Below, piece after piece: positions 54,154-63,553 of a DNA stretch of 64,000 bases. Within the stretch, counting starts at the first letter, position 1, and each line of letters opens with the position of its first letter. The stretch comes from Candidatus Babelota bacterium (GTDB lineage: Bacteria > Babelota > Babeliae > Babelales > CAIQNR01), in NCBI GenBank assembly GCA_965658655.1, contig CBFHTA010000001.1, positions 114,507-178,506 on the forward strand, given 5' to 3'. The position numbers and the translations under genes are program-made. Under the pieces are notes generated by a model that was not told the DNA's origin, searched no databases, and saw only the letters and a list, made by a program, of their open reading frames with translations.

Positions 54154-55221
54154 ATGGGGAATGATTTCGTGAGTCTTTCTGATGTTATAGAAGCTTTAGT
54201 CGATGAGCGGGGCCTGGAAAAAGAGGTCCTGAATAGTATTGTGTGCGAAGGGATGCTTTCTGCTTATGAAAAGCGATATCCTGAATTGCGCCTAAGAGTT
54301 TCTTTCGATAAGAAAACCGACACCTTGGTTGTAGAAACAGAGAAAGATGTAGTCTCCTCAGTGGACAACGACGAGACCCAGATTAGCTTGCGGAGAGCCA
54401 AAGGGGTAGACCCCCAAGCTGTTGCAGGAAAAGCATTATGGGTCCCTTTTGATGGAGCCATTGGTCGAATTGAGATTTTACGAGCAAAGCAAGTTATTGC
54501 TCAAAAAATTCGCCAAATAGAAAGCGCAGCCGTTTACGATGAGTTCAAAAGCAAAGAAGGTTCTATCCTGCAAGGGACCATTCACAAAGCAGAGCGCAGC
54601 GGCATCATGGTCAAGCTCCAGGATTTTATGGCGTTCTTGCCAAAATCGCTTAGTATTCCTGCGGAAAAGTTGCCGGTAGGGTACCCTGTGCGGGCCTTGC
54701 TGAAGGAGGTTTTGGAAGTTCCTCGAAACGAAAACCAACTTATTTTAGACAGATCCTCCTCTGCTTTTGTAGAGGCTCTTTTTGGGTTAGAGATCCCAGA
54801 GGTGTTTGAGAAGCTTGTAGAGATAAAAAAAATAGTAAGAACGGCTGGCTACAAAACCAAGGTCGCCGTGTCCTCTAACGACTCAAACATTGACCCTGTA
54901 GGGACATGCGTTGGTGTTGGAGGGGTGCGAATCAAGCCTATCCTAAAAGAGCTAGGCAACGAGAAGGTTGATATTGTTTCGTGGACAGACGACACAGAGT
55001 CGTTAATTCGAAGCAGTTTAAAACCTGCAGAGATTAATAGAGTTGAACTTTCTGATGACGGAGCGTCAGCACGTGTATGGCTTGATGACGATCAACGCTC
55101 TTTAGCCATTGGGAAGATGGGACAAAACATAGCCTTGGCCTCTCAGTTGACAGGTGTCAATATTGAGCTGGTTCAAAGCGATACAGAAGATCTTGAGCAG
55201 AAACTAAGCGAGGAGCTGTAG
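54154..55221 (+). CDS. nusA: transcription termination/antitermination factor NusA
   Basis: N-terminal domain (IEALVDERGLEKEVL..EGMLSAYEKRY), an S1 domain and two KH domains (GTCVGVGGVRIKPI, AIGKMGQNIALASQLTG). The ORF opens at TTG 54115. ATG candidates are at 54136 and 54154. Confidence 0.93.
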   Translation: MGNDFVSLSDVIEALVDERGLEKEVLNSIVCEGMLSAYEKRYPELRLRVSFDKKTDTLVVETEKDVVSSVDNDETQISLRRAKGVDPQAVAGKALWVPFDGAIGRIEILRAKQVIAQKIRQIESAAVYDEFKSKEGSILQGTIHKAERSGIMVKLQDFMAFLPKSLSIPAEKLPVGYPVRALLKEVLEVPRNENQLILDRSSSAFVEALFGLEIPEVFEKLVEIKKIVRTAGYKTKVAVSSNDSNIDPVGTCVGVGGVRIKPILKELGNEKVDIVSWTDDTESLIRSSLKPAEINRVELSDDGASARVWLDDDQRSLAIGKMGQNIALASQLTGVNIELVQSDTEDLEQKLSEEL

Positions 55222-55255
55222 CATTTTGTAAAGAGGTCGTGAGTTTGGCGAATAT

Positions 55256-57304
55256 ATGCGAATATACGAATTTGCTAAAAAGCATAACGTTTCCAGCAAG
55301 AGTCTCCTTGAGGAGCTCAAGCGCAATGGCATTGCGCTTAAGAGTCATATGTCGGTCATTCCTGAAGAAGGGCTTGCGTTTCTTAATAAAAAATATGTGT
55401 CTTCCGAGAAAAAAATAGCTTCTACAAAAGAACAACAGGTAGGTCAAATGGAAAAGAGTAAAAATGTTTCTTCTAGTCGTCAGGTAAAGTCTGCTCCAAG
55501 GTCGTCAAAAAATGTACGGCAACCTTCGAGAAGACGCTCTTTTCGGCCAAAATCAGAAATTCGTGCTGAAAAAGCAGAGAAAGTTTCATTGATCGAAAAA
55601 CCTTTGGTTGTTGCGGCTATGAGTCTGGGGGAATTTGCAGAGAAAACTGGTAGCCCTATTGGAGAGGTGATTCTTTCGCTGCTAAAACAGGGGCAAGTGT
55701 GTACTATTAATCATATTTTGTCTGCAGATCAAGTAAAAAAATTAGCGGCAGCGCATGAGGTTGAGACGGTTATGCCTGTCTTACGTAAAAAACAAGTTGT
55801 TGAGCAAGAAGACAGTGTTCAAAATTCAAAAAGTGTTGGAGAGGTTCGCCTTCCTGTTGTGGTTGTTATGGGGCACGTTGATCATGGGAAGACGTCTCTT
55901 TTGGATTACATTAGAAAGTCGAGAGTTGCGTCACGTGAAAAAGGCGGAATTACTCAGCATCTTGGTGCGTATCGCGCAGAAACCTCGCATGGAGACCTTG
56001 TGTTTTTAGACACTCCAGGTCACGCCGCGTTTTCTAAAATTCGACAACGCGGGGCTTCTGTGGCAGACAAAGCTATTCTTGTTGTGGCGGCTGATGATGG
56101 CATTATGCCTCAAACGATAGAGTCTATTAAAGCCATTAAAGAATTAAAAATCCCCTTGATTGTAGCGATCAACAAGGTGGACAAGGTCGACAAGACCCGC
56201 CTTGAGATTGTTAAGCGGCAGCTTACTCAGCATGATTTGCTTCCTGAAGAGTGGGGGGGCGACATTGTGTGCGCGCCTATATCGGCAAAGACCGGAGAAG
56301 GCATAGAGCATTTACTTGAAATGGTTGCGCTACAAGCAGAGCTTATGGAGTTAAAGGCGGTAAAAGACACTCCCGCTCAAGGCTATATCTTAGAGTCAAA
56401 AATTGAAAAAGGACGAGGCCCTGTTGCAACTGTGTTGTGTAGGCAGGGGACTCTGCGCATTGGAGATTTTTTTAGTGCGGGTCCAGTGAAGGGTAAAGTT
56501 ACTTCTTTAACAAATTCCGAAGGGATTCGTTGTAAAGAGGTTGGCCCATCAACACCTGTTTCTGTTACCGGCTTCGATCAGCTTCCTCCTATTGGAGAAT
56601 TGTTCCGCGTTATTGAGCAGCAAGATTATCGTAGAGAACGAGGCGAAAAGCAGTCACGAAGCTCTTTATCTTCCCGCCTTGCCTCTGCTGCAGGAAAGGA
56701 AACAGTTCCTCTTATTGTGAAAACGGATACAAACTCATCGCTAGAGGCGGTTCTTGATGGAATTGCAAAGCTGTCAAAAGATGGGGACAAAACTTTCTTT
56801 GTTGTGCATTCGGGAATCGGAAACGTAATGGAGAGTGATGTTATTTTGGCCGAAACAACATCGGCAAAGATAGTTGGTTTTTATGTTAAAACTGATAGCG
56901 GAGCTCTTTCTTATGCCCGAAAAGCCAATATAGATATTCAGGTTTTCCAGGTAATTTACAAACTATTTGAAGAGCTTGAAGAGCGGCTCAAGAAAGACAA
57001 GAAACAGGCAATGGAGCTGGCAAAAATCGGAGAAGCTTTAGTTCTCAAGGTTTTTGATATTAAAAAGCTTGGAGTTATTGCTGGTTGTCAGGTGAGAGAA
57101 GGACGCTTTTCTGCTGCCGGAGAAGTTGTTATTAGACGCGGTCGCAGGGAAGTTGGAAAAGGCAAAATTAAAAGTTTGCAGCGAGATAAAAAAGTAGTAA
57201 AAGAGGTGCACACAGGTTTTGAATGTGCATTTCTAGTTGAAGGGTTTGATGAGTGGCACGTTGACGACGTTGTTGAGTGCTACTTAAAGGTTCCTGTCTC
57301 TTAA
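55256..57304 (+). CDS. infB: translation initiation factor IF-2
   Basis: G-domain VVMGHVDHGKTSLLD, DTPGH and NKVD, plus C-terminal IF2 domains. Confidence 0.97.
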   Translation: MRIYEFAKKHNVSSKSLLEELKRNGIALKSHMSVIPEEGLAFLNKKYVSSEKKIASTKEQQVGQMEKSKNVSSSRQVKSAPRSSKNVRQPSRRRSFRPKSEIRAEKAEKVSLIEKPLVVAAMSLGEFAEKTGSPIGEVILSLLKQGQVCTINHILSADQVKKLAAAHEVETVMPVLRKKQVVEQEDSVQNSKSVGEVRLPVVVVMGHVDHGKTSLLDYIRKSRVASREKGGITQHLGAYRAETSHGDLVFLDTPGHAAFSKIRQRGASVADKAILVVAADDGIMPQTIESIKAIKELKIPLIVAINKVDKVDKTRLEIVKRQLTQHDLLPEEWGGDIVCAPISAKTGEGIEHLLEMVALQAELMELKAVKDTPAQGYILESKIEKGRGPVATVLCRQGTLRIGDFFSAGPVKGKVTSLTNSEGIRCKEVGPSTPVSVTGFDQLPPIGELFRVIEQQDYRRERGEKQSRSSLSSRLASAAGKETVPLIVKTDTNSSLEAVLDGIAKLSKDGDKTFFVVHSGIGNVMESDVILAETTSAKIVGFYVKTDSGALSYARKANIDIQVFQVIYKLFEELEERLKKDKKQAMELAKIGEALVLKVFDIKKLGVIAGCQVREGRFSAAGEVVIRRGRREVGKGKIKSLQRDKKVVKEVHTGFECAFLVEGFDEWHVDDVVECYLKVPVS

Positions 57305-57350
57305 GGTATTATTAAGCGAGCAGGGGTAGCAAAGAAAAGGTAGTGGTGAG

Positions 57351-58409
57351 ATGTTTTTGGCTGTAGTGGCTTTTCTCTTTGCGTTTTTTTTTGTACTCAT
57401 CGTAACGCCTTTGTTGCGACGGTTTGCTCTTGTTTATAATATTGTCGATGCTCCGGACGGAAAAATAAAAAAGCAAAAAGAACCCATTCCTTACCTGGGG
57501 GGCGCTGCGATTTTCTCCTCTTTCTTGGTTTCCTTTGTTGTTTTTTTGCCTTTTCAAGGTCACCTTGTTTTTTTATTGTTTGGTCTGTCAATGCTCTTTG
57601 CTTTAGGGTTGATAGATGACTTATGGGTGACGACTCCGCTTCAGAAGCTTGTAGGTCAAATGCTTGCAGCAGCAAGTTTTCTGTTGGCAGGGATCTCATT
57701 GAAAGAAGTTTTTTTGTCTTCATGGGTGAACTCTTCTCTTTCTTTTTTTTGGGTTCTTAGTGTAGTAAACGCCTTTAATCTTGTTGATGTTATGGATGGG
57801 CTTGCAACTCTTTTGGCTCTTTGTGCAACGTTGTCATTTCTTTTTTTTGCTCTTCTCTTTAATCTTCCTTATGCCGTCCTTTTGCTTAGTATTTTTTTGG
57901 GAGGATTGCTTGGTTTCTTTTTTTACAATAAGCCTCCAGCGCGTCTTTACTTGGGTGATGCAGGGGCGTTGTTTATAGGAGGATTCTTAGCTGTTGTTCC
58001 TTTTTTCTTTAATTGGGGGTTCCATAGCCCAACAGGGTTTTTGGTTCCTGTTATTATTCTCACCCTTCCTTTGTTTGAAGTTCTTTCTCTTATTGTTATT
58101 AGAACCTGTAAAGGTAAACCTTTTTATTATGGAAGCCCTGATCACTACTGTTTGTATTTGTTGAAAAAGGGGTGGTCGAAAAATGAAATTCTTATTTTTT
58201 CAGGGGCTTTTGCGTTAGCTCTGTTTGGGGTTGGATATCTAGTTGCTTCTGGGGTATTATCCCTCCTTCAGACCTTTCTTATATCCGTTGCAGGAATCAC
58301 GTTTCTGGTGATTTCTATTTTTTCTTCTCTCTTTTCTCGAAAGACTACACCAAAAAGCGTTGCTTTTTGCAGGGGCAACATTGTCAAAGGCAAGGGCCCT
58401 TTGATTTAG
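57351..58409 (+). CDS. polyprenyl-phosphate N-acetylhexosamine-1-phosphate transferase (GT4 family, WecA/WbpL-like)
   Basis: IVDAPDG..KKQKEPIPYLGG, NAFNLVDVMDGLA and YLGDAGALFIGG. About 10 TM helices. Confidence 0.85.
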   Translation: MFLAVVAFLFAFFFVLIVTPLLRRFALVYNIVDAPDGKIKKQKEPIPYLGGAAIFSSFLVSFVVFLPFQGHLVFLLFGLSMLFALGLIDDLWVTTPLQKLVGQMLAAASFLLAGISLKEVFLSSWVNSSLSFFWVLSVVNAFNLVDVMDGLATLLALCATLSFLFFALLFNLPYAVLLLSIFLGGLLGFFFYNKPPARLYLGDAGALFIGGFLAVVPFFFNWGFHSPTGFLVPVIILTLPLFEVLSLIVIRTCKGKPFYYGSPDHYCLYLLKKGWSKNEILIFSGAFALALFGVGYLVASGVLSLLQTFLISVAGITFLVISIFSSLFSRKTTPKSVAFCRGNIVKGKGPLI

Positions 58410-58627
58410 AGCGTTTTTGGCTGCCTCAGAGTGTTGCGGAGTTGTTGCTTTTTGCGGATTTGTGTTTTTGTGCAACATTTACGAGAATAGCAATATGTTT
58501 TATTAAGCAAAACTTGGCACTCAAGCCTTGTTTGGTTTACAAAAACACTGCGTATTTAAATGGTGGGGAAGAGATTTCTCGGTGTATAAGCGGTTCTTTC
58601 TTAGCTTTCTCTCTTCTCTCCATTTTT

Positions 58628-59512
58628 TTAAATCCCATAAAAATTTTTTGTTTCCTTGGATAGAAGCTCTTTGAGCCTGCTCATATTTTTTTTGTCGTCC
58701 TGGAGTGATGCTTTTGGGGTCTCAAGGATTTTAGGAATATCAAAGAACCGTTTGTCGTTAAGCAAAAGCTTGAACCCTTCAGTGCTTATAGTACCTTCTC
58801 CAATTTCAGCATGTCGGTCAACTCTAGACCCGAGCTCTTTTTTTGAGTCGTTAATATGAATAGTCTTGAGATTTTTAATACCTATTGTCTTGTCGAAATG
58901 GTCCCATAGCTTTTTGTACATTTCTTTTGTTGTAAAGTCGTATCCCGCAGAAAAAATGTGACAAGTGTCGACACAAACACCAACCCTTTTCTTTTCTTTT
59001 GTGAGCGCTTTAATTTTAGCAATCTCTTCAAAAGTAGACCCAACGACAGAGCCTTGTCCTGCCATTGTCTCTAGAAGCACCATGGTGATTCCGTTGCTTT
59101 TTGCAAAAGCAGCATCAAGGTTGTGGGCGATTTTTTCTATGCAGACGTTCAGGTCAGATTTTAAGCGTGATCCTGGGTGCAACACAAGGTAAGGAATGTT
59201 AAGCAGGCTGCATCGATTGAGTTCGGTGGCAAGGGCGGTGACTGATTTTTTTTGCAGTTCTTCTCGTGGAGACCCTAGGTTTAAAAGGTAAGAACAATGG
59301 GCAACAACCGGAGCAATACCTGTGTTTTTTTGAGCCTCTTTGAACGCCTCTACTTCTTTTCTGGCAATCTCTTTTGCAAACCACTGCCTATTGCTTTTTG
59401 TAAAAATTTGAATGGTTGAGCACCCAATGCTTGCTCCTCGCTCCAGAGCGTTTTTTAGTCCACCTTCTATGGACATGTGCGCTCCTAGTAGCAGTCTGTG
59501 TTTTTTTGTCAT
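58628..59512 (-). CDS. nfo: endonuclease IV (AP endonuclease)
   Basis: LLGAHMSIEGG, VAHCSYLLNL, LVLHPG, VCVDTCH and HINDS motifs of the Nfo TIM barrel. Confidence 0.93.
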   Translation of the reverse strand: MTKKHRLLLGAHMSIEGGLKNALERGASIGCSTIQIFTKSNRQWFAKEIARKEVEAFKEAQKNTGIAPVVAHCSYLLNLGSPREELQKKSVTALATELNRCSLLNIPYLVLHPGSRLKSDLNVCIEKIAHNLDAAFAKSNGITMVLLETMAGQGSVVGSTFEEIAKIKALTKEKKRVGVCVDTCHIFSAGYDFTTKEMYKKLWDHFDKTIGIKNLKTIHINDSKKELGSRVDRHAEIGEGTISTEGFKLLLNDKRFFDIPKILETPKASLQDDKKNMSRLKELLSKETKNFYGI

Positions 59513-59579
59513 AAGGAAACCTTCAATGGTTTAGAGTTTTTTTTAAGTATAGTTCTCTGCTTATAAGAAGCAATCAACC

Positions 59580-59607
59580 TTGACAAATAGCCGGTTAAGC
59601 GTAAAAT
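59580..59607 (+). promoter_or_regulatory. near-consensus sigma70-type promoter for the OMP gene
   Basis: TTGACA (59580-59585), 16-nt spacer, TAAAAT (59602-59607). Confidence 0.55.
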
Positions 59608-59720
59608 CAAAAGCACTTTTATGGTTCCAAAACATGCTAGTAGATACAGATATTGTAAGGAAGGGGTTTTCAGTTCTGAAAGCCGCAATTGTTAATTATT
59701 TTTTGTCCAAAGGACTTTTT

Positions 59721-61634
59721 ATGAATTTTTCACTGGCAGCTCGACTGCTATTTGTGTGCCTATTGTCAAGCAATAATGCTTTTACGAAAAAGCCTAAATT
59801 ATCATTTAAGAAGGGAGATATTAAAGGCTCTGTAACAGGTAAGTTTGATACAAGCACTGTTTGTGACGTTCACACTTCTTTGTTAAATAAAAACTTATCT
59901 GAAGACAAAGTGTTTGGTACAAAGACTACTGTTGATCTTCAGTTTAAATTAGATACGCCTTATACAAGTATGACGCTAGCTCCGCGTGGGCGTGCTATGT
60001 GGGGTAATAATAGGCAGCTGCGAACAGAGTGGACAAAAGTGAAGACGGTTGATGCTTATACGTCAGATCACCGACACAACATTGGGCCACGCATGGTGTG
60101 GTTAAGAGAGGCATGGTTAGAGCTAGACTTAACAAATATGTTTAGCATGTCTATACCAAAGCAAACGTTTACTATTGGCTCTTTTTCTTTTCAGCTAGGA
60201 AAAGGGATCTCTTTGGGTAGCGCTTACTCTGTGAGTCCTTCAACTCTTGGTTTTTATAGTGACAGTTCGGTTGATCAGTATGCTTTCGGGGGAAAATTTT
60301 CGGGAACACTTCAAGAAGATCTTTTAGTTTACGATCTGTACGGTGCGGTTTTAGAGAATAAAAGTACAAGCACAAGCGAAACGTTTGCACAAACACAAGC
60401 GCAGGCGTTTGGCAAAAAAGACAACCCTGCACGTGGATTTGGAGTAGTTAATTGGTTGTTGGCAGCGCGTGCCCAAATAACTCCTATGAAGGGTGAAAAC
60501 AGAAAATTAATGTTTGAGCCTTATGTTTTGTACAACGACGCTCCCGAGCAAACAGTTGAGTTTTCGGCAGATGCAAACAGCAAGCTCACTACGCTTGGCA
60601 TGTTGGTTGATTTTGAATGGAGCCGCGTAGAGGCAAGCTTTGAGGTGGCGTTTAACTCTGGTCGTCAAAAAGTAAAAGGCTGGGATAGAAATATAATTCA
60701 AAACATTAATAGAGAAGGACATTCTGTTTTTGTTTACTCAGACATTTATGACACTGATCCAAACCGTAATGCTGTTACTGATGCAAACAAAGTGTTATAC
60801 AATACTGCTTTTTCTGCCCAAAGAACTGCAGTTAATAATGTAAGCCGTAGTACAGCTTCTAATGGACAACCAATTACTGCTGGTGGTGTAACTGTTTACA
60901 ATAGCCTTTCTCGCTTCCGCTCTCCATACGAAAATACCTATGGTGGCCGGATGATGGTTGCTGACATTGCGCTTTGGCTTTATAAAAAAGATCTAAAGAT
61001 AGCAGCGGCAGCAGGTGTTGCAAGTGGTGACAGAAATCCTAATACAAACTTGTTAGACCCCAACGAGCCAAATATTGATGGGAACTATCAAGGATTTATT
61101 GGTCTCCAAGAATTATATCGAGGGAACCAGGTGCTTTCTGGTTTTGTAATGGGAGCCGGTAAATTAACGCGTCCGCTTTCTGCTCCAAACACTGGCACGC
61201 AGTTTGCATCAGTGGTAGATGGGTTTAGCAATATTATTTACGCTGGTACAAGTCTTAAATATGAGCCTAAAGCTTGGGAGCGTAAATTCTCTTTGCATCC
61301 AAATCTTTTAGCGTATTGGCAACAAGTAGCGACTACAAAGTTTGACATTGCAACAGGGCTAAGCTCTTCTGATTTAGCAGACAAGTTCTTGGGTACAGAG
61401 TTCAATCTTTTTTTAAAGGTTGGTTTAATTGAAGATGTAGAAGTATCTCTTTCTGGGGCAGTTTTTGTTCCAGGAGCTCACTATAATGACATTAAAGGTA
61501 AACCGTTCAATGCAGCTCAAAGAAAGCTTTTGAATACAGCAAACAGAACTTCTGTGTCAGCAAGCACTAACTTAGCTGTGATTTCTAACGATCCTGGTTA
61601 TAGTTTTGCTTTAGGGATGAGTTACAAGTTCTAA
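59721..61634 (+). CDS. putative large outer-membrane beta-barrel protein
   Basis: The ATG at 59721 gives signal MNFSLAARLLFVCLLSSNNAFT. The sequence has alternating beta-strand-like patterns rich in G/Y/N/T/S and a C-terminal ...FALGMSYKF (terminal aromatic OMP signature). The ORF-track start at 59580 coincides with the promoter -35 element. Confidence 0.6.
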   Translation: MNFSLAARLLFVCLLSSNNAFTKKPKLSFKKGDIKGSVTGKFDTSTVCDVHTSLLNKNLSEDKVFGTKTTVDLQFKLDTPYTSMTLAPRGRAMWGNNRQLRTEWTKVKTVDAYTSDHRHNIGPRMVWLREAWLELDLTNMFSMSIPKQTFTIGSFSFQLGKGISLGSAYSVSPSTLGFYSDSSVDQYAFGGKFSGTLQEDLLVYDLYGAVLENKSTSTSETFAQTQAQAFGKKDNPARGFGVVNWLLAARAQITPMKGENRKLMFEPYVLYNDAPEQTVEFSADANSKLTTLGMLVDFEWSRVEASFEVAFNSGRQKVKGWDRNIIQNINREGHSVFVYSDIYDTDPNRNAVTDANKVLYNTAFSAQRTAVNNVSRSTASNGQPITAGGVTVYNSLSRFRSPYENTYGGRMMVADIALWLYKKDLKIAAAAGVASGDRNPNTNLLDPNEPNIDGNYQGFIGLQELYRGNQVLSGFVMGAGKLTRPLSAPNTGTQFASVVDGFSNIIYAGTSLKYEPKAWERKFSLHPNLLAYWQQVATTKFDIATGLSSSDLADKFLGTEFNLFLKVGLIEDVEVSLSGAVFVPGAHYNDIKGKPFNAAQRKLLNTANRTSVSASTNLAVISNDPGYSFALGMSYKF

Positions 61635-61664
61635 GTTTATATCTTGATAAAGAGTAGATTAGGG

Positions 61665-61692
61665 AGGTCTTCTTTGAAGACCTTTCCTTTTC
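61665..61692 (+). terminator. Rho-independent terminator
   Basis: aggtcttc ttt gaagacct hairpin followed by ttccttttctt. Confidence 0.6.
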
Positions 61693-61756
61693 TTGTTAGA
61701 AGAATATGGTAAACTAAACCTCTTGGCATTAATTAAAGACAATAATGAGGTATGAT

Positions 61757-63532
61757 ATGAGTTCATGGAAGCGGACGGTAGAGTGTGGCTTAGTAACAGA
61801 CAAGCTTCTTGGAAAAGAAGTTACATTGAATGGGTGGGTTGCTCGTCGTCGCGATCATGGTGGATTAATTTTCATCGATCTTCGAGATCGAACAGGTATT
61901 ATGCAGGTTGTTTTTAACCCAGATTTTTCTAAAGATGCTCACAAGATTGGTCATGACTTACGTAGCGAATTTGTAATCTCAGTGACCGGGAAAGTGATTG
62001 AGCGATCAAAAGAAACGGTCAATGATAAGATGCCAACTGGTAAGCTAGAGCTTCAAGCAGATAAGATTACAATTCTAAGTGCGTCAAAAACATTACCATT
62101 CCCATTAGATGAATCAGAAAAAATTGATGAAGAGCTTCGTCTACGTTATCGCTATTTAGATTTGAGACGTCCTGAAATGCAACAACGACTAGCGCTTCGT
62201 AGTACTGTTCTATTCGCAATGCGAGAGTTCTTTTTGTCTCGTGGTTTCTTCGAAATAGAAACTCCGTTGCTTACAAAAAACACACCTGAAGGGGCACGTG
62301 AATTTTTAGTGCCAAGTCGTTTGCATCATGGCTCTGTATATTCTTTGCCGCAATCCCCGCAACTTTATAAGCAACTTTTGATGGCAGGTGGAGTAGAGCG
62401 CTATTTTCAAATTGCGCGTTGCTTTAGAGATGAAGATTTGCGTGCAGACAGACAGCCTGAGTTCACACAGCTAGACGTTGAGATGTCTTTTGTAGAGCAA
62501 GAAGATGTAAGGCAAACTATGGAAGAAATGTTTGCTTATATCTTTAAAAAGCTTTTTGATGTTGAGGTAAAGTTGCCACTTCCAATGATTTCGTATGCAC
62601 ACGCATTTGCTGTATATGGATCAGACAAACCAGACCTTCGTTTTGGACTTCCTATTTATGACGCGGCTTCTTTATTTAAAGATACAGAACTTAAGTTTTT
62701 GCGCACAGTTCTAGACAAAGGACAACGTATTGGTGCCTTGCATGTAACAGATAAAAAATTCACTCGCTCAGAGTTAGATGGATGGGTAAATAAGGCTCAA
62801 GATCTAGGGTCTAAAGGGCTTTTGTATGTGCGTTTTACAGAAGACGGAGCTATCGAGTCTCCTGTTGCAAAATTCTTGCCTGACAATTTCTTTGAGCAAG
62901 CGCAAAAAGCATTTAAAGGTTTGAAAAAAGAAGACACCCTTTTCTTTGTTGCAGGACCGTATAAAGACGCATGGGAAGTTCTTGGTCGCCTTCGTTTAGC
63001 ATTTGGAAAAGAGCTTGGCCTCATCAAACCAAACTTAATTAATTTGTGTTGGGTGGTAGACTTTCCGCTTTTTGAGCGTGATGAAGATGCAAATCGTTTA
63101 AATGCTGTCCATCATCCGTTTACTAAGCCTCAAGATGGATGGGAATCATTAAAGCCAGAGGATATAAATGCTCAGGCGTATGACTTAGTCTGCAATGGCG
63201 TAGAGCTTGGTGGTGGATCTATTCGTATTAACGATAAAGAAACACAGCAAAAAGTATTTGATTTGCTTGGCTTAGAAGAAGATGAAGTAAAAAACAAATT
63301 TGGTTTTTTGCTCGAGGCGCTTGAATATGGATTTCCTCCGTTGGGTGGAATTGCCTTAGGGATCGATCGTTTGATTATGATTTTGGCCAACGCTACTTCT
63401 ATTAGAGAAGTAATTGCCTTTCCAAAAACACAACGGGGCTATGATCCAATGATGTCTGCACCCTCTTTGGTTGATCAAAAAGCGTTACGAGAGTATGGTC
63501 TTTCAAGGCTGCCGGGGAAAAAAAAGGACTAA
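61757..63532 (+). CDS. aspS: aspartate--tRNA ligase
   Basis: OB anticodon-binding domain (GWVARRRDHGGLIFIDLRD), class II motifs (FRDEDLRADRQPEFTQLD, GGGSIRI, GIDRLIM) and the bacterial insertion domain. The ORF opens at 61745, and the ATG at 61757 follows GAGG. Confidence 0.96.
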   Translation: MSSWKRTVECGLVTDKLLGKEVTLNGWVARRRDHGGLIFIDLRDRTGIMQVVFNPDFSKDAHKIGHDLRSEFVISVTGKVIERSKETVNDKMPTGKLELQADKITILSASKTLPFPLDESEKIDEELRLRYRYLDLRRPEMQQRLALRSTVLFAMREFFLSRGFFEIETPLLTKNTPEGAREFLVPSRLHHGSVYSLPQSPQLYKQLLMAGGVERYFQIARCFRDEDLRADRQPEFTQLDVEMSFVEQEDVRQTMEEMFAYIFKKLFDVEVKLPLPMISYAHAFAVYGSDKPDLRFGLPIYDAASLFKDTELKFLRTVLDKGQRIGALHVTDKKFTRSELDGWVNKAQDLGSKGLLYVRFTEDGAIESPVAKFLPDNFFEQAQKAFKGLKKEDTLFFVAGPYKDAWEVLGRLRLAFGKELGLIKPNLINLCWVVDFPLFERDEDANRLNAVHHPFTKPQDGWESLKPEDINAQAYDLVCNGVELGGGSIRINDKETQQKVFDLLGLEEDEVKNKFGFLLEALEYGFPPLGGIALGIDRLIMILANATSIREVIAFPKTQRGYDPMMSAPSLVDQKALREYGLSRLPGKKKD

Positions 63533-63553
63533 AAATAAAAAAGGAACAGAGTA

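Noticed and set aside
57312-57723. Minus-strand ORFs 57312..57563 and 57397..57723
   Set aside because: Antisense to the GT4 transferase gene. The basic low-complexity products arise from a T-rich sense strand.
58367-58663. 98-aa plus-strand ORF bridging the convergent GT4 and nfo genes
   Set aside because: It overlaps the 3' ends of both flanking genes. It has no RBS or motif, and its Cys/Phe/Leu-rich composition suggests chance.
44636-59512. Three base-excision repair genes (MutY/Nth-like, UDG family 4, endonuclease IV) within 15 kb as a possible repair island or system
   Set aside because: They are separated by unrelated genes on different strands with their own signals. I see no evidence of co-regulation or shared mobility, so this is probably coincidence in a compact genome.
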